Shown here in pieces: positions 22,081 through 32,483 of a stretch of DNA of 64,000 nt. This DNA is from Schizochytrium sp. TIO01 (taxonomy: Eukaryota > Protista > Bigyra: Labyrinthulomycetes). Each line of letters begins with the position of its first letter. The stretch's first letter is position 1. The notes below the pieces were generated by a model, which was not told where the DNA came from, ran no database searches, and saw nothing but the letters and a program-made list of their open reading frames with translations. A program made the translations under genes and the position numbers. The stretch is from NCBI GenBank assembly GCA_004764695.1, contig SMSO01000034.1, forward strand, positions 620,001 to 684,000, given 5' to 3'.

Positions 22081-22735
22081 TCTCTATTTAGGCCCATCGT
22101 GGACGTTCACGTCGATGAAGATGACGATGCGAATTATGCAATTCCAGGGACCTGACTCTGGCTCAAAAGGTGGTTGGTTCTTGGGGTGCGGATTCTCTAG
22201 GGTGTATGTTCCCAGTCTGGAGCGTGAGAGGGAGGAATTTCTTGGAGAAGCGAGTTGACACAAATGTCAGGCGCTGGAGCAGCACCCCTTCGTTGGTCTC
22301 TTTCGATCCTGAGCTCGTGGTGCAAGTCGGGTTGAACTTCGACTGGACCGGGCCGCCCTGGCCTTCAGCTGCTCGAGCTGTTTCTCGATCTTGCAGGTCA
22401 AATGCAGAGCAGGCGCCTGCTGGCTAGGTACTCCGTCCATGCGAGTGTTTCGATGGAACGCAGAGGAAAGCCTCAGAGAGCCTCACGCTCACGAAAGATA
22501 CCCTGCGCCCAGAGACTTGCTTGCATCCATACATCTACGCGTGCATGTACGCACTGGCAAGGTCTTCACTCGCTCACTACTTCGAAGTCCTTCTCTGCTG
22601 GCCGCTCTGGTCGCTCCTCGAGCCAATCCATGGCGAATGCGCACGCGTTGACGAGTGGATGAATGATGAATCAATCAATGGATGAATCATCAATGCATGA
22701 GCCAATGAATCAATCAACGCATAAACGAATGAGCC

Positions 22736-22772
22736 AGTGAGTGAGTGAGTGAGTGAGTGAGTGAGTGAGTGA
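22736..22772. repeat. (GAGT)n microsatellite
   Basis: Perfect run. Confidence 0.9.
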
Positions 22773-23005
22773 TCTTGTTCGCACCGACCACACCGACCCG
22801 CCAGCCCTGCGCAGGCCCTCGAGCTGTCTGCTGTCCGCTGCCGCCATGCCTTAAGTCTCTCGCTCCGAGTTCTTCGAGTTTGCTGCCTCTCAAGCTCGAA
22901 CTGCGCTGCGCTGCTTTGGGAGCGCCTCTTTCGAAATGACGATTTGAAATTGCAATGGGAACCCACAAAAGCGAACAAACAGTAAGTAAGTCATACATAA
23001 ATCCA

Positions 23006-23065
23006 TCAATTTGAAATCAATCAATTTGAATTCAATCAATTTGAAATCAATCAATTTGAAACCAA
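23006..23065. repeat. 15-bp minisatellite TCAATTTGAAATCAA x4
   Basis: Units at 23006, 23021, 23036 and 23051, two with single substitutions. Confidence 0.85.
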
Positions 23066-24832
23066 TACATACATGGAAAAGGGCGACGAGTGAGCGGTTC
23101 GTCGAGACCTGACCCGGGCCTGCCTGCCTGCCTGCCTGCCTGCCGTGCCTTGGGGCCTGGACTCCCTGGCGGCCAGGGCTCCTTCGATGGGCGACTCACC
23201 GTCAATCGTTGCGGTGGGCCCTTTCTTTCTTTCTTTCTTTGTCCAGGTCCGGCGAGGCTGGAGCATCGATCTTACGACCGCTCGAAGCTCAGAACACTTC
23301 AGGTACAACTTGTAGTGAGGCGTTCTTTGTAAATCATGTTCTACAGCTGCCCATTGCCCAGCTTGGAACGGGTTCCGCGGGAGTTCTGCCGTTGTTCTTG
23401 GCTCGCAACCAGGGAGTCGTCTCCTGATTTTTCCCTCCCTCCCTCCCTCTCTCCACGTGTTGTGAAGGATGACCAGACCCCGTTGGCGGAGAAGTAGGGG
23501 ATAGGGCGCAGGTACAGGGGGTGGAGTTTGGAGTTTATCGGTGCGTAGTCGCAGGGAGGTTACGCCCTTTGGAGCTTGATGCGGCAATATTTGGTAACGA
23601 TTTGAGAATGAAACGTAGGTAAATCTTGAGTCAGGGTCCATTCACAGGTGGCCATCATGAGTCATGATAGTAGCTGGGCAAACGATCTACATCTGGACTC
23701 TAGGCATTCAATCTCTCCAAAATGCATGGTTCGTGTTCGAGCTGTTTATAATTGCAAGACAGCTTTAGAACTTCAGGGTTTTGATGACCTCCTATTGTTG
23801 CTTCTGGTTTTTCCCTTCGCTCAAGCTCTCTCCACATATATGTCTCTCTTGCAACCACTTAAGTTGCTTAGGATGCACTCCCCATGTCAGAAGACCCTGT
23901 GCTCACACTCTGATGTTGATAGTCCCTGTGTTCGCACTGCTAAATATGATTTTATGAAGTATCAGAGTTAAGATGGTTGTCTCTTTCTGATTGATTGGCT
24001 GTTTATGTCTTTTTGAGCTCATTTGTGGGATCAATCTTAACTTGTTACTTCGTCACAAAAGCATAAATGCGAGCATGTCACTGGCAAGGCTAGGAGTATC
24101 GTTACTGGTTCCATTATCATCGACATCGATCATTAACTTTATGGCTGTTAGATTTTTAAGCACGCAGTTCGTATTATGTCCTCTGCAAGTATTAAAGGTA
24201 CTTAGTATCCGCAAATATTACTATGTGTTGTTGCTAGGCACTTCCTAAAGTCCAAAGCAGACTACCTACTAGTAAAAGTAGCTTATTACTAACATTCGTA
24301 GTAGTAGGTATTTACCTCTAGAGTAACCCTGTATAAGATGTAGGTGGTCCTAGTTTCTCTCTCCTTTCGTCTTTACATTTTCTTCCTGCGAATTCACAAC
24401 ACTCTAAAATATTTGCTTCTTCACTTGCAGAAAAACTAAGTCGTAAGAAATGCTCCTTGCTCCTGGCAATTTTTATGTTCAATTGCCCATCCACATTATG
24501 TAATCGCAAAGAGCAAGTTTAAGTCGACGCCGAAGTCACTCGGGCACTGTTTTGAGTCCATCTTTTTTGTTGATAAGTAGTAATGGCTTAGTACCTAATA
24601 CAGAGGTATTTATTTTACTATCTCGTCATAATGTAATAATAAGGAAAGTCACTCTATTTTGTCTCCATAGACAGGTCAAATCGGAAAAAGTCAATCGTGT
24701 CCTCCTTGTGCGCTCGTGCGTTTGACGCTTGTGCGTGAAGACGAGCGCCTGTGGAGGATCTTCTGCAGTATATCTATATTCTTTCTGCTCTGACATCTTC
24801 CTCATAGAGCATCTACCTCGTCTTTGCTTCTC

Positions 24833-26053
24833 ATGGGGCCCAAGGTGGCCTACGTGTACGATGAATCCTTCGGGTATCATCACTATGGCCCCGGGCATCC
24901 TATGAAGCCCGCTCGGATCATGCTCGCACATAATCTTGTGCTCACATACGGTCTCCACCGCAAAATGGAGTGCTTCCGCCCTCACCGCGCATCTGCCGGC
25001 GAGCTCATGCAATACCACTCGCCCGAGTATATCGACTTCATCCGCCGCGCGAGCCCAAGCACTGCGAAGGCCCTTGCAAACGAAGCACAAAAATTCAACC
25101 TTGGTGAGGGCACTGATTGCCCAATCTTCAACGACATGTTCGACTTCTGCTCGATGTACGCTGGAGGGTCCCTGGACGGCGCTGTGCGGCTTAATCATGG
25201 ACTCTCAGATATTTGCATCAACTGGCCAGGCGGCTTGCATCACGCTAAGAAGACCGAGGGTAGCGGATTCTGCTATGTGAATGACATCGTGCTAGCCATC
25301 TTGGAGATGCTCAAATTTCACCCCAGAGTTCTCTATATTGATATCGATATTCACCATGGAGATGGAGTTGAGGAGGCCTTCTATCTCACGGATCGTGTTA
25401 TGACATGCTCATTTCATAGGTTTGGTGACTTCTTCCCAGGAACTGGAGAGCTCACTGATACTGGAGGAGGTAAGGGTGCAGGGTACTGTGTGAACTTTCC
25501 GCTTAAAGAAGGAATCACGGACGATGATTTCGCTAAAATCTTCAAACCTGTTATTCAGAGGATCATGGAAATTTATAGACCGGGAGCAGTTGTGTTGCAG
25601 TGCGGAGCTGACTCCTTAACAGGAGATCGACTTGGATGCTTTAATCTCACAGTAAATGGACATGCGGAGTGCGTACGATTCGTCAAGAGCTTTGGAATCC
25701 CGCTGCTACTAGTAGGAGGAGGAGGATACACTGTGAATAATGTCGCACGTTGCTGGGCGTATGAAACAGCAGTTGCTGTTGGAGAGGACAAGGATCTCGA
25801 TGCAGACATCCCTGCGCATGAGTTCTCAAACTATTTTGCACCCAGCCACAGAATCCATTTAAACCCAAAGCCGTCTCTGCAAAACATGAATACAAAGGAG
25901 TACCTTGAAAAGTACAAAAATATTATTCTGCAGAACCTTCAGGACCTTCAAGGAGCACCGTCCGTAGCCATGCAGGAGCTGCCTCCAGAAGCCTTTCTCG
26001 AGAACCCAGAGGCCGCAGGAGTCACAGTAAAACCCTCCTCCCTCCTTTCATGA
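24833..26053 (+). CDS. HDAC3: Class I histone deacetylase, HDAC3/HDA9-like
   Basis: HYGPGHPMKP, GGLHHAKK, GFCYVNDIVL, YIDIDIHHGDGVEEAFY, FFPGTG, QCGADSL, GGGGYT. First ATG at 24833. Confidence 0.9.
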   Translation: MGPKVAYVYDESFGYHHYGPGHPMKPARIMLAHNLVLTYGLHRKMECFRPHRASAGELMQYHSPEYIDFIRRASPSTAKALANEAQKFNLGEGTDCPIFNDMFDFCSMYAGGSLDGAVRLNHGLSDICINWPGGLHHAKKTEGSGFCYVNDIVLAILEMLKFHPRVLYIDIDIHHGDGVEEAFYLTDRVMTCSFHRFGDFFPGTGELTDTGGGKGAGYCVNFPLKEGITDDDFAKIFKPVIQRIMEIYRPGAVVLQCGADSLTGDRLGCFNLTVNGHAECVRFVKSFGIPLLLVGGGGYTVNNVARCWAYETAVAVGEDKDLDADIPAHEFSNYFAPSHRIHLNPKPSLQNMNTKEYLEKYKNIILQNLQDLQGAPSVAMQELPPEAFLENPEAAGVTVKPSSLLS

Positions 26054-26918
26054 CGATTGCCTCAGTCTCAGCCTCTACTCACCTGCGGCATACTACAGTC
26101 TGTCAAAATTAAAAGTATACATTTCACTTAAACAGCGACAAAGAGGCCACCTTTGACTCAGAACTGCACAAATAAAAATAAAACATAACATCACAACACA
26201 ACACAACACAACACGACGCACACATCAACAATTCGCACACATCAAGACAAAGTAAACTATTGTCTTTAGAAAATACCACCACGGCTTTTGTAGTATGACT
26301 ATCTTTCTTCTCTATTTCTCTTTTAGTGTCAGCCCCTTTCGTTTCACATTATATAATTGAAGGCGCCATGCAGTTCTTACCAAAGAAAAACTCTTTAACC
26401 ATTTACGTATAAACAAATTGGAAACGAAATCTTATCATTTCTCGATGTGACCAACCAGAGCTTGCTCTTACTTCAACAGTTCTTCTGCATATGCTTTATT
26501 AACAAAACTACTCGTATACAATATGGAGGAACAAAAACAGCGTTCTAATTCAGATAGGCAGCATTATAACCTGCTACTTTTTCAAGACATACGTTCAGTG
26601 ATTAGATGTCCTACTTGTGTTGTGAAGATGTAAGGAGTGTCTGTTCACAAAAAGAAGCAAGCGCTTCATAAAATAGAATAACAAAATGAAATCCATGATC
26701 TCTTTTTCTATCATACTGATATGACCAACCTGGCAAACTTTACTTCGAGGCGCATTGATGCTATTGCCGTAGAATCAGCTAGACCGGAACACAAACATCA
26801 GAAGACTGATCGTAAAGCAAATATTGATGACTGCTTATTTTATGATAACATTGTTGTCAAAGGGACTAACGTCACACAAAGGTCTTTGAGGAAGGGCAAG
26901 AAGGCTATGCTGCAATGG

Positions 26919-28565
26919 TCACTGTGTTAGTGCATGTTCGCTGTCAGTTCTATTACTACCATCCTTCTTATGACTGGCGCTATTGCTACTTCGGCTACTT
27001 AGATGAGCTTGCACGGACGACTGAATCTCAGCTCGCGTCAAAGGACGATCCATAATGACAGACGCATCCTGGCCTAAAAGTATTTGCTCCTCCAAGTGCT
27101 CCTGAGCAGCATCCAGATTCTCAACTCTAGCGGTCGCAGAAGAATGCTTAGATCTACCGCTACCGGTAGCAGGTAATGTTGTATTCACTGAAGATTCGCC
27201 ATTTTCATTTTGAGTCATCATCATTGGCAATAGTGAGTTTTCAACTACGGTCCCTGCCTCCGGGTCAAGGGAATATAATTGCATGATCTCTGTAGCTCTC
27301 TGCTCGATCACTCCAAGATATTGCATAACATTTGCATCAGTCACTCCCTCTGTACCAAGAACCTCCTGTAAGTCAGAACTTGAATCAGCCCCTAGACGTT
27401 CGCAAATTGTTTGAATACCCAATTTTAGATGTTGAAGAATTTTTTGAGCGTTATTCTGACGCTGCTCGTACTGGTCAGCCTTTTGATTCGTTTTCTGAAG
27501 ACGCTCATCAAGTTCTTGCAAGATACGTTTTCGTTGGTTTTCTGAGTTTGCACCTTGGCCTCGATACTTTTCAACCTCGCTCTCAACGTTACCAACTTTG
27601 TGTTCAAGCTCCTCAATTTGTTTATTCAAATCATTGATCTGAGAAAAAAGCTCGAAATTTTTTTCTTCGCCATCCACGAAACGTTGCACTAGCTCGTCGG
27701 TGTCAGAGATCCCAGTCTCTTCTTGGATCTTGTTAAACATTTCCTCATAGTTTTGTGCCTTCTCTTGAGAGATCTGCATCTGAGCTTTGTCTTTACCCAA
27801 CGACCAAACGCCTTGTACAACTTGGCGCTTGAGTGCCTTGCTATCAGCAGTTTTGTCAGTGCCTTCTTCAGATGGAAGCTGATTCAAGTCTTTTGCACGC
27901 TTATCGTGCTCAATAAGCTCCCCAAGTCGCTTCCACTCGGCCTGAAATGCCTCTTCTTCTTTGTCGGCCTGAGCCTTCAGCTTTGCTATTTCCTGTTTCA
28001 CTTCATCCCGCTCATGGTACGCCTTGTTGCATGCTTGCACAAGACGAGCCATCTCCTTCTTCTCAAAATACATTTCCTTCTCAAGTTTGCGATAAATTCC
28101 ATCAAAAATGATCCGCTCACGACGCAAGTCATCAATTTTATCCTTGAGGAGTTTATTTTTGCCCAGAATCTCGTTGTAACGCACTGTAGCTTTGTCAAGA
28201 CGATTCTCCAGTACTCGAATTTGCTTGGCTAAAACTTGGTTATTCTGCTTTGAGACATTGACGCCACCCATTTTCTTCCGTTGTGCATTAACTTTGCTCT
28301 GAACAACAGAAATTTGCTTTTCCAGCTCTGCAATCCTTCGTCTCTCCAGCTCAATCTTGCGGGTGTATGCATCGCCTTGATCTTGAAGTCTGCGGATTTC
28401 TGCTGATGCCGCTGAGTTGTTTACCATATTATCTTGCTTCGACTCAAGAGCAAGCTCCTGAACAAGCTTTTGGTTATCGCGAGTAAGGCGCTCAATCGCT
28501 TTCTGATGCCGCTCAGAGTCGGCACGGGCAGTAGCACCCGCAATGGAAATTTTGCGCTCCATCAT
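26919..28565 (-). CDS. ODAD1: Outer dynein arm docking complex subunit (ODA-DC2/CCDC114/CCDC63 family)
   Basis: Long coiled coil with family-type motifs QRKKMGGVN, IRVLENRLDKA, KIDDLRRER, EEKNFELFSQIN, NVMQYLGVIEQR. ATG at 28565 follows a putative splice acceptor. Confidence 0.85.
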   Translation of the reverse strand: MMERKISIAGATARADSERHQKAIERLTRDNQKLVQELALESKQDNMVNNSAASAEIRRLQDQGDAYTRKIELERRRIAELEKQISVVQSKVNAQRKKMGGVNVSKQNNQVLAKQIRVLENRLDKATVRYNEILGKNKLLKDKIDDLRRERIIFDGIYRKLEKEMYFEKKEMARLVQACNKAYHERDEVKQEIAKLKAQADKEEEAFQAEWKRLGELIEHDKRAKDLNQLPSEEGTDKTADSKALKRQVVQGVWSLGKDKAQMQISQEKAQNYEEMFNKIQEETGISDTDELVQRFVDGEEKNFELFSQINDLNKQIEELEHKVGNVESEVEKYRGQGANSENQRKRILQELDERLQKTNQKADQYEQRQNNAQKILQHLKLGIQTICERLGADSSSDLQEVLGTEGVTDANVMQYLGVIEQRATEIMQLYSLDPEAGTVVENSLLPMMMTQNENGESSVNTTLPATGSGRSKHSSATARVENLDAAQEHLEEQILLGQDASVIMDRPLTRAEIQSSVQAHLSSRSSNSASHKKDGSNRTDSEHALTQ

Positions 28566-28566
28566 T

Positions 28567-28649
28567 CTGCAAAGGTCTGATTCTCCAAAGAGCAAGGTCG
28601 CCTTTCCCTTGCCGCGAATAAGTTTTACTCCGCAAGACTGTACGCTTAC
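28567..28649 (-). other. Putative 83-nt intron immediately upstream of the ODA-DC2 ATG
   Basis: Minus strand reads AG|GTAAGC (donor, 28649) ... CCTTTGCAG|AATGATG (acceptor, 28567). Confidence 0.5.
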
Positions 28650-29518
28650 CTCACCTTAACTTTGTTCTTGCAATCCTCCCCAAGCAAGAAAACCCTGTTC
28701 CACAGTGAATCCAAATCAGAAATTGCAACCCTCACTCTCAAGCTTTATATGCTTTGGTTTAATGACGAAGAGTCCGCCCCAATCTACAACGCGCCTGCTG
28801 GCTGATCTCCACCTCCGAAAGCAGAGATTCTAATTGGCTCATGCGAGCGCTTGGAGGCACTTTAAGTTATCAAGAGATCGAATGCTGAGAGTCGTATTCT
28901 TTGACTCGATAATATGATTACTTATGTTGGCTACTTCTAAGATGATGATCTGAGTTATTCTAAATAGGTGTGTACTTAAGGGCCTAACGGATCTCAGAGG
29001 TTTATCAATCCCAACTGTAAATGAGACACAAAGTCCTGGAATATCGAGGCGGTGGCTTCTCCTCCAACCGACGAAGAACCTATTTAATTCATGCTGCAAA
29101 GGCATGGGGGGTGGGTGGGGTATAGAGAGCAAGAAGGACCTGCCATTCTAATTGAAAAGATCGCGTTTTATATTCTTTATATATATATATTTATTGTGAG
29201 TTATATATTTTCTTCTTGCCAAGAACCTCAGAGGTGAAAGTGAGGGACAGTTGTTGTAAAAACTGGAGATTGTTTCTGAATTACTAAGCCTAGTCTGCAG
29301 AAACACTAGTCTTAACATGTATGGTACTATTAGCGTCTAGGCGAAATCATTTCCATTACAATCTTAATTATGACGACGTAACCATCGTGGTCTTTTACCA
29401 AAGAAGATTAACCACAGCGCTTACTGGACCTGTGCACTGACGATAGTAAATTTCTATTGCAAAGAACCAACCGTTCTGAGCACCTTCTTGTCTGCAGGTG
29501 CTTCAGGCGTGCAGGAGT

Positions 29519-32380
29519 ATGGCAACAGCCGCGGCGGTTGCGGCAGCGCCTCAGCGAATCGTTTCAAACAATGCACGCTTGGCCCATGAGGCTGTAACGG
29601 GTCTGATTGTCACAGATCCTCAGGATGTTCTCCATGCGCTACGAAAGCTTCGCCAAACTCTTGATGCAGCACCAAAGGCAACTTTCGCTGATCTATTCAT
29701 TAAACGTGGTGGTATGGAGCAGCTTGCTCGAATTCTTGCCTCCTTTGTGACGATACCAAACCTTCGAGATATTGTGGAAGAAGCACTGGTATGCTTACAC
29801 GGTTTTCTGAGCGCAACTCGACGAGCTGCGAGAGCAGCTATCAATGCAGAGTGTGATACCCGGTTTATGTTCGTGACATTAAAGTCATGCGCTAAACATC
29901 CAGCTATAGTTCAACTGTGTTGCATGAACTTACGTATTCTAGTAGATCATGACGTTAGTCTACAATCTTCCGTGAAAGCTTGTCAAGGAGTTGACATTCT
30001 TGTGCAAGTAGCACTACGCCATTTAAGGAGAACACGAACTTCTGGTGTAGTCCTCGAAACGTTACAACGAGTGTGTAAGTCTACGTATGCTTTGGAAAGC
30101 TTCTCAAGGGCTTCGGGTGTGTCAGAGCTGTTATCAAGTTTCCCAAAGGCTCTTGATGCTAGAGTAGTCACCGAACCTCTTCTTACTATTTGTGCCAATG
30201 CAAGCAACCGGGGGGCAAAGACTTGCGCCTCGCTTGTAAGAGCTGGAGTGGTGAATTTTGCAATTGACAGACTCATGGAATCTAGCGATTTTGAGAATAA
30301 TGCATCCAATGCTTTGACTATATTGCATCGCATTGATCTTTCTAGTGCCGCGTATGCATCGTTGTCAAGTCGGGCCTTCGATAAATTATATCCACTTTTG
30401 GGGTTGTATCTTGGCCGCGATACATTATTGCAAAGACTTTGTATCATACTATGGAAACTACATTCTTCTTCTCAACAATGGGATATGAGTCAGCTTATGC
30501 CAATATCTCTCGAAGCCGAGCAACTCAAGCAAACCGTTAGTCGCTGGATGGCTGCAACTCATAGTACAGATACACAGCTCCCAACCACTGAGGCTTATCG
30601 GAGCTATCTTTTTGATCATGGGAAACTTGATACACACCACGCAATCCTCCAAGCCTCTTCTAGCAAACCATCCCTTGACTGTGTTCTTGCTCTTGCTGAT
30701 GCTCTTCACATAATCACGAAAACAAGAGGCACTTCTTCAACCTCTAGAGACGTCTCTGTACTTTATGATTGGCAAGAAACCAGACCAACACAGCAAGACG
30801 ATTTTTCTGGATTAAGCTTTTGTTGTGACTTTGAAAGTGGAAATCTGGCTAGGGTAGAAGCTTTAAGTTCATCCTGGTATTCGTTTTGGTTACGAGCTGA
30901 TAGTAACAGTTATGGGCAGCTGCAGTGGTTTTATTTTTCAATGCGAGGACTTCGTCCAGGGACAACGTTAAATTTCATCTTTAACAATCTAGAAAAGACT
31001 GATTCAATGTTTAATTTGGGGATGAGGCCTTTACTATTTAGCCCTCAAGCTGCAGATCGACACGGGGCAGGCTGGAGGCGAACGGGTTCTAAGGTATCAT
31101 ATTTTGAAAATCCGTTTACTAAACCAACATGTACTACGAACAACAGCGATCAAGGAAGTACAAGCAAAACAATGCCGTGCTACACGTTCCATGTCGAGTT
31201 CACTGTTCCGGATATCTTCCGGGAGTCAGATACAATTTATATGGCTTATTGCTTTCCCTACACATATAGCAATCTTCTGACTGATCTGGAGGATATCTCG
31301 CGACGGACGTGTGTGGAGCAGTCAAGCCTTTGCCAAACTCTCGGTGGTCTCGACTGCCCATTGTTAACCATTACTGATCCCGAAGTAGATACTTCAAGTA
31401 TCCCTGACAAGTCTCCAGAAAATGAAGTCATTGATGATCTAGAAAAACCTGACCAGCAAGAAGTATCTTCTTTTCAAGACTATCAATGTTCAAGCATACC
31501 ATTGAATGAAAGACAATATATATTCCTCAGCGCTCGGGTGCACCCTGGAGAAACAAATTCAAGCTTTATGATGCGCGGTGCCCTGAACTTCCTTTCTAGC
31601 AATGACCCCCAAGCCAAGGCACTGCGAAGTCGATACATCTTTAAAATAGTTCCCATGCTTAATCCTGATGGCGTAGTTGCAGGAAACCACCGCTGCAATC
31701 TCGCCGGTCTTGATCTAAACCGGCAGTGGTGCGCGCCTCGGGAATCTACTGCTCCAACGATTTATCACCTTCAGAAGATGATGAAATCGTGTGCTTCACC
31801 TCAAAAAATCGCTTTATATCTTGACATGCATGGCCACAGTCGCAAAGCAGGTATATTTCTCTACGGCTGTGAAGATAAAAAAACATTTGGAGCTCCTGAA
31901 CGGATTTACCCTTACCTAGTAGATGCTACAGCATCCAATGAACACTTTTTCCTTCAGAATTGTAACTTCAAGGTACAAAAGTCGAAAGCTAATTGTGCAC
32001 GTGTTGTGGTTTGGAGGGATTTCCGCGTGGTTAATAGTTTTACATTGGAAGCTTCAATGTCTGGAAATAATGAGCGACACTTTGTGGTCTCAGACCTAGA
32101 AACAATGGGTCGGGATTCAATGGCTGCTCTGTGGCACTTGATTGATCCCGAGCAAAGTGAAGTGCAACGAGTTAATGCTTGTCTACGACTAGAATTTCCA
32201 AAAAATTTCCTGACAGAGCCTGAAACTATTGAAGACGACGATGAAGAGGTCAGAGCTCAAACAGAGAAGCCTTGTCGCCCACGAACTGCGCGCCCGCGCA
32301 TTACCAAGGCCACAAAATCTGGCGCTCGCAAACTAGGTCGAAAGAGGCCTTCACGGAGGCCCTCCGTACTAAAATCGTAA
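29519..32380 (+). CDS. AGTPBP1: Cytosolic carboxypeptidase 1 (Nna1/CCP1 tubulin deglutamylase, M14D) with ARM-like N-terminus
   Basis: FESGNL, QWFYF, AYCFPYTYS, SARVHPGETN, PMLNPDGV, DLNRQW, DMHGHS, SFTLEAS. Helical Leu-rich N-terminal region. First ATG at 29519. Confidence 0.88.
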   Translation: MATAAAVAAAPQRIVSNNARLAHEAVTGLIVTDPQDVLHALRKLRQTLDAAPKATFADLFIKRGGMEQLARILASFVTIPNLRDIVEEALVCLHGFLSATRRAARAAINAECDTRFMFVTLKSCAKHPAIVQLCCMNLRILVDHDVSLQSSVKACQGVDILVQVALRHLRRTRTSGVVLETLQRVCKSTYALESFSRASGVSELLSSFPKALDARVVTEPLLTICANASNRGAKTCASLVRAGVVNFAIDRLMESSDFENNASNALTILHRIDLSSAAYASLSSRAFDKLYPLLGLYLGRDTLLQRLCIILWKLHSSSQQWDMSQLMPISLEAEQLKQTVSRWMAATHSTDTQLPTTEAYRSYLFDHGKLDTHHAILQASSSKPSLDCVLALADALHIITKTRGTSSTSRDVSVLYDWQETRPTQQDDFSGLSFCCDFESGNLARVEALSSSWYSFWLRADSNSYGQLQWFYFSMRGLRPGTTLNFIFNNLEKTDSMFNLGMRPLLFSPQAADRHGAGWRRTGSKVSYFENPFTKPTCTTNNSDQGSTSKTMPCYTFHVEFTVPDIFRESDTIYMAYCFPYTYSNLLTDLEDISRRTCVEQSSLCQTLGGLDCPLLTITDPEVDTSSIPDKSPENEVIDDLEKPDQQEVSSFQDYQCSSIPLNERQYIFLSARVHPGETNSSFMMRGALNFLSSNDPQAKALRSRYIFKIVPMLNPDGVVAGNHRCNLAGLDLNRQWCAPRESTAPTIYHLQKMMKSCASPQKIALYLDMHGHSRKAGIFLYGCEDKKTFGAPERIYPYLVDATASNEHFFLQNCNFKVQKSKANCARVVVWRDFRVVNSFTLEASMSGNNERHFVVSDLETMGRDSMAALWHLIDPEQSEVQRVNACLRLEFPKNFLTEPETIEDDDEEVRAQTEKPCRPRTARPRITKATKSGARKLGRKRPSRRPSVLKS

Positions 32381-32483
32381 ATCAACGAGTCAAACAGAAT
32401 ATTCTTGATTCTGCTTCGCAGATAAATGGTCGGGCAAATTTTACAAAAGAAAAAAGAATATAAGTATTTAAAGAAAAATATAA

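Noticed and set aside
26051-26130. TGA read-through/selenocysteine after HDAC
   Set aside because: Catalytic domain is already complete, the extension is short and featureless, and no SECIS was recognised
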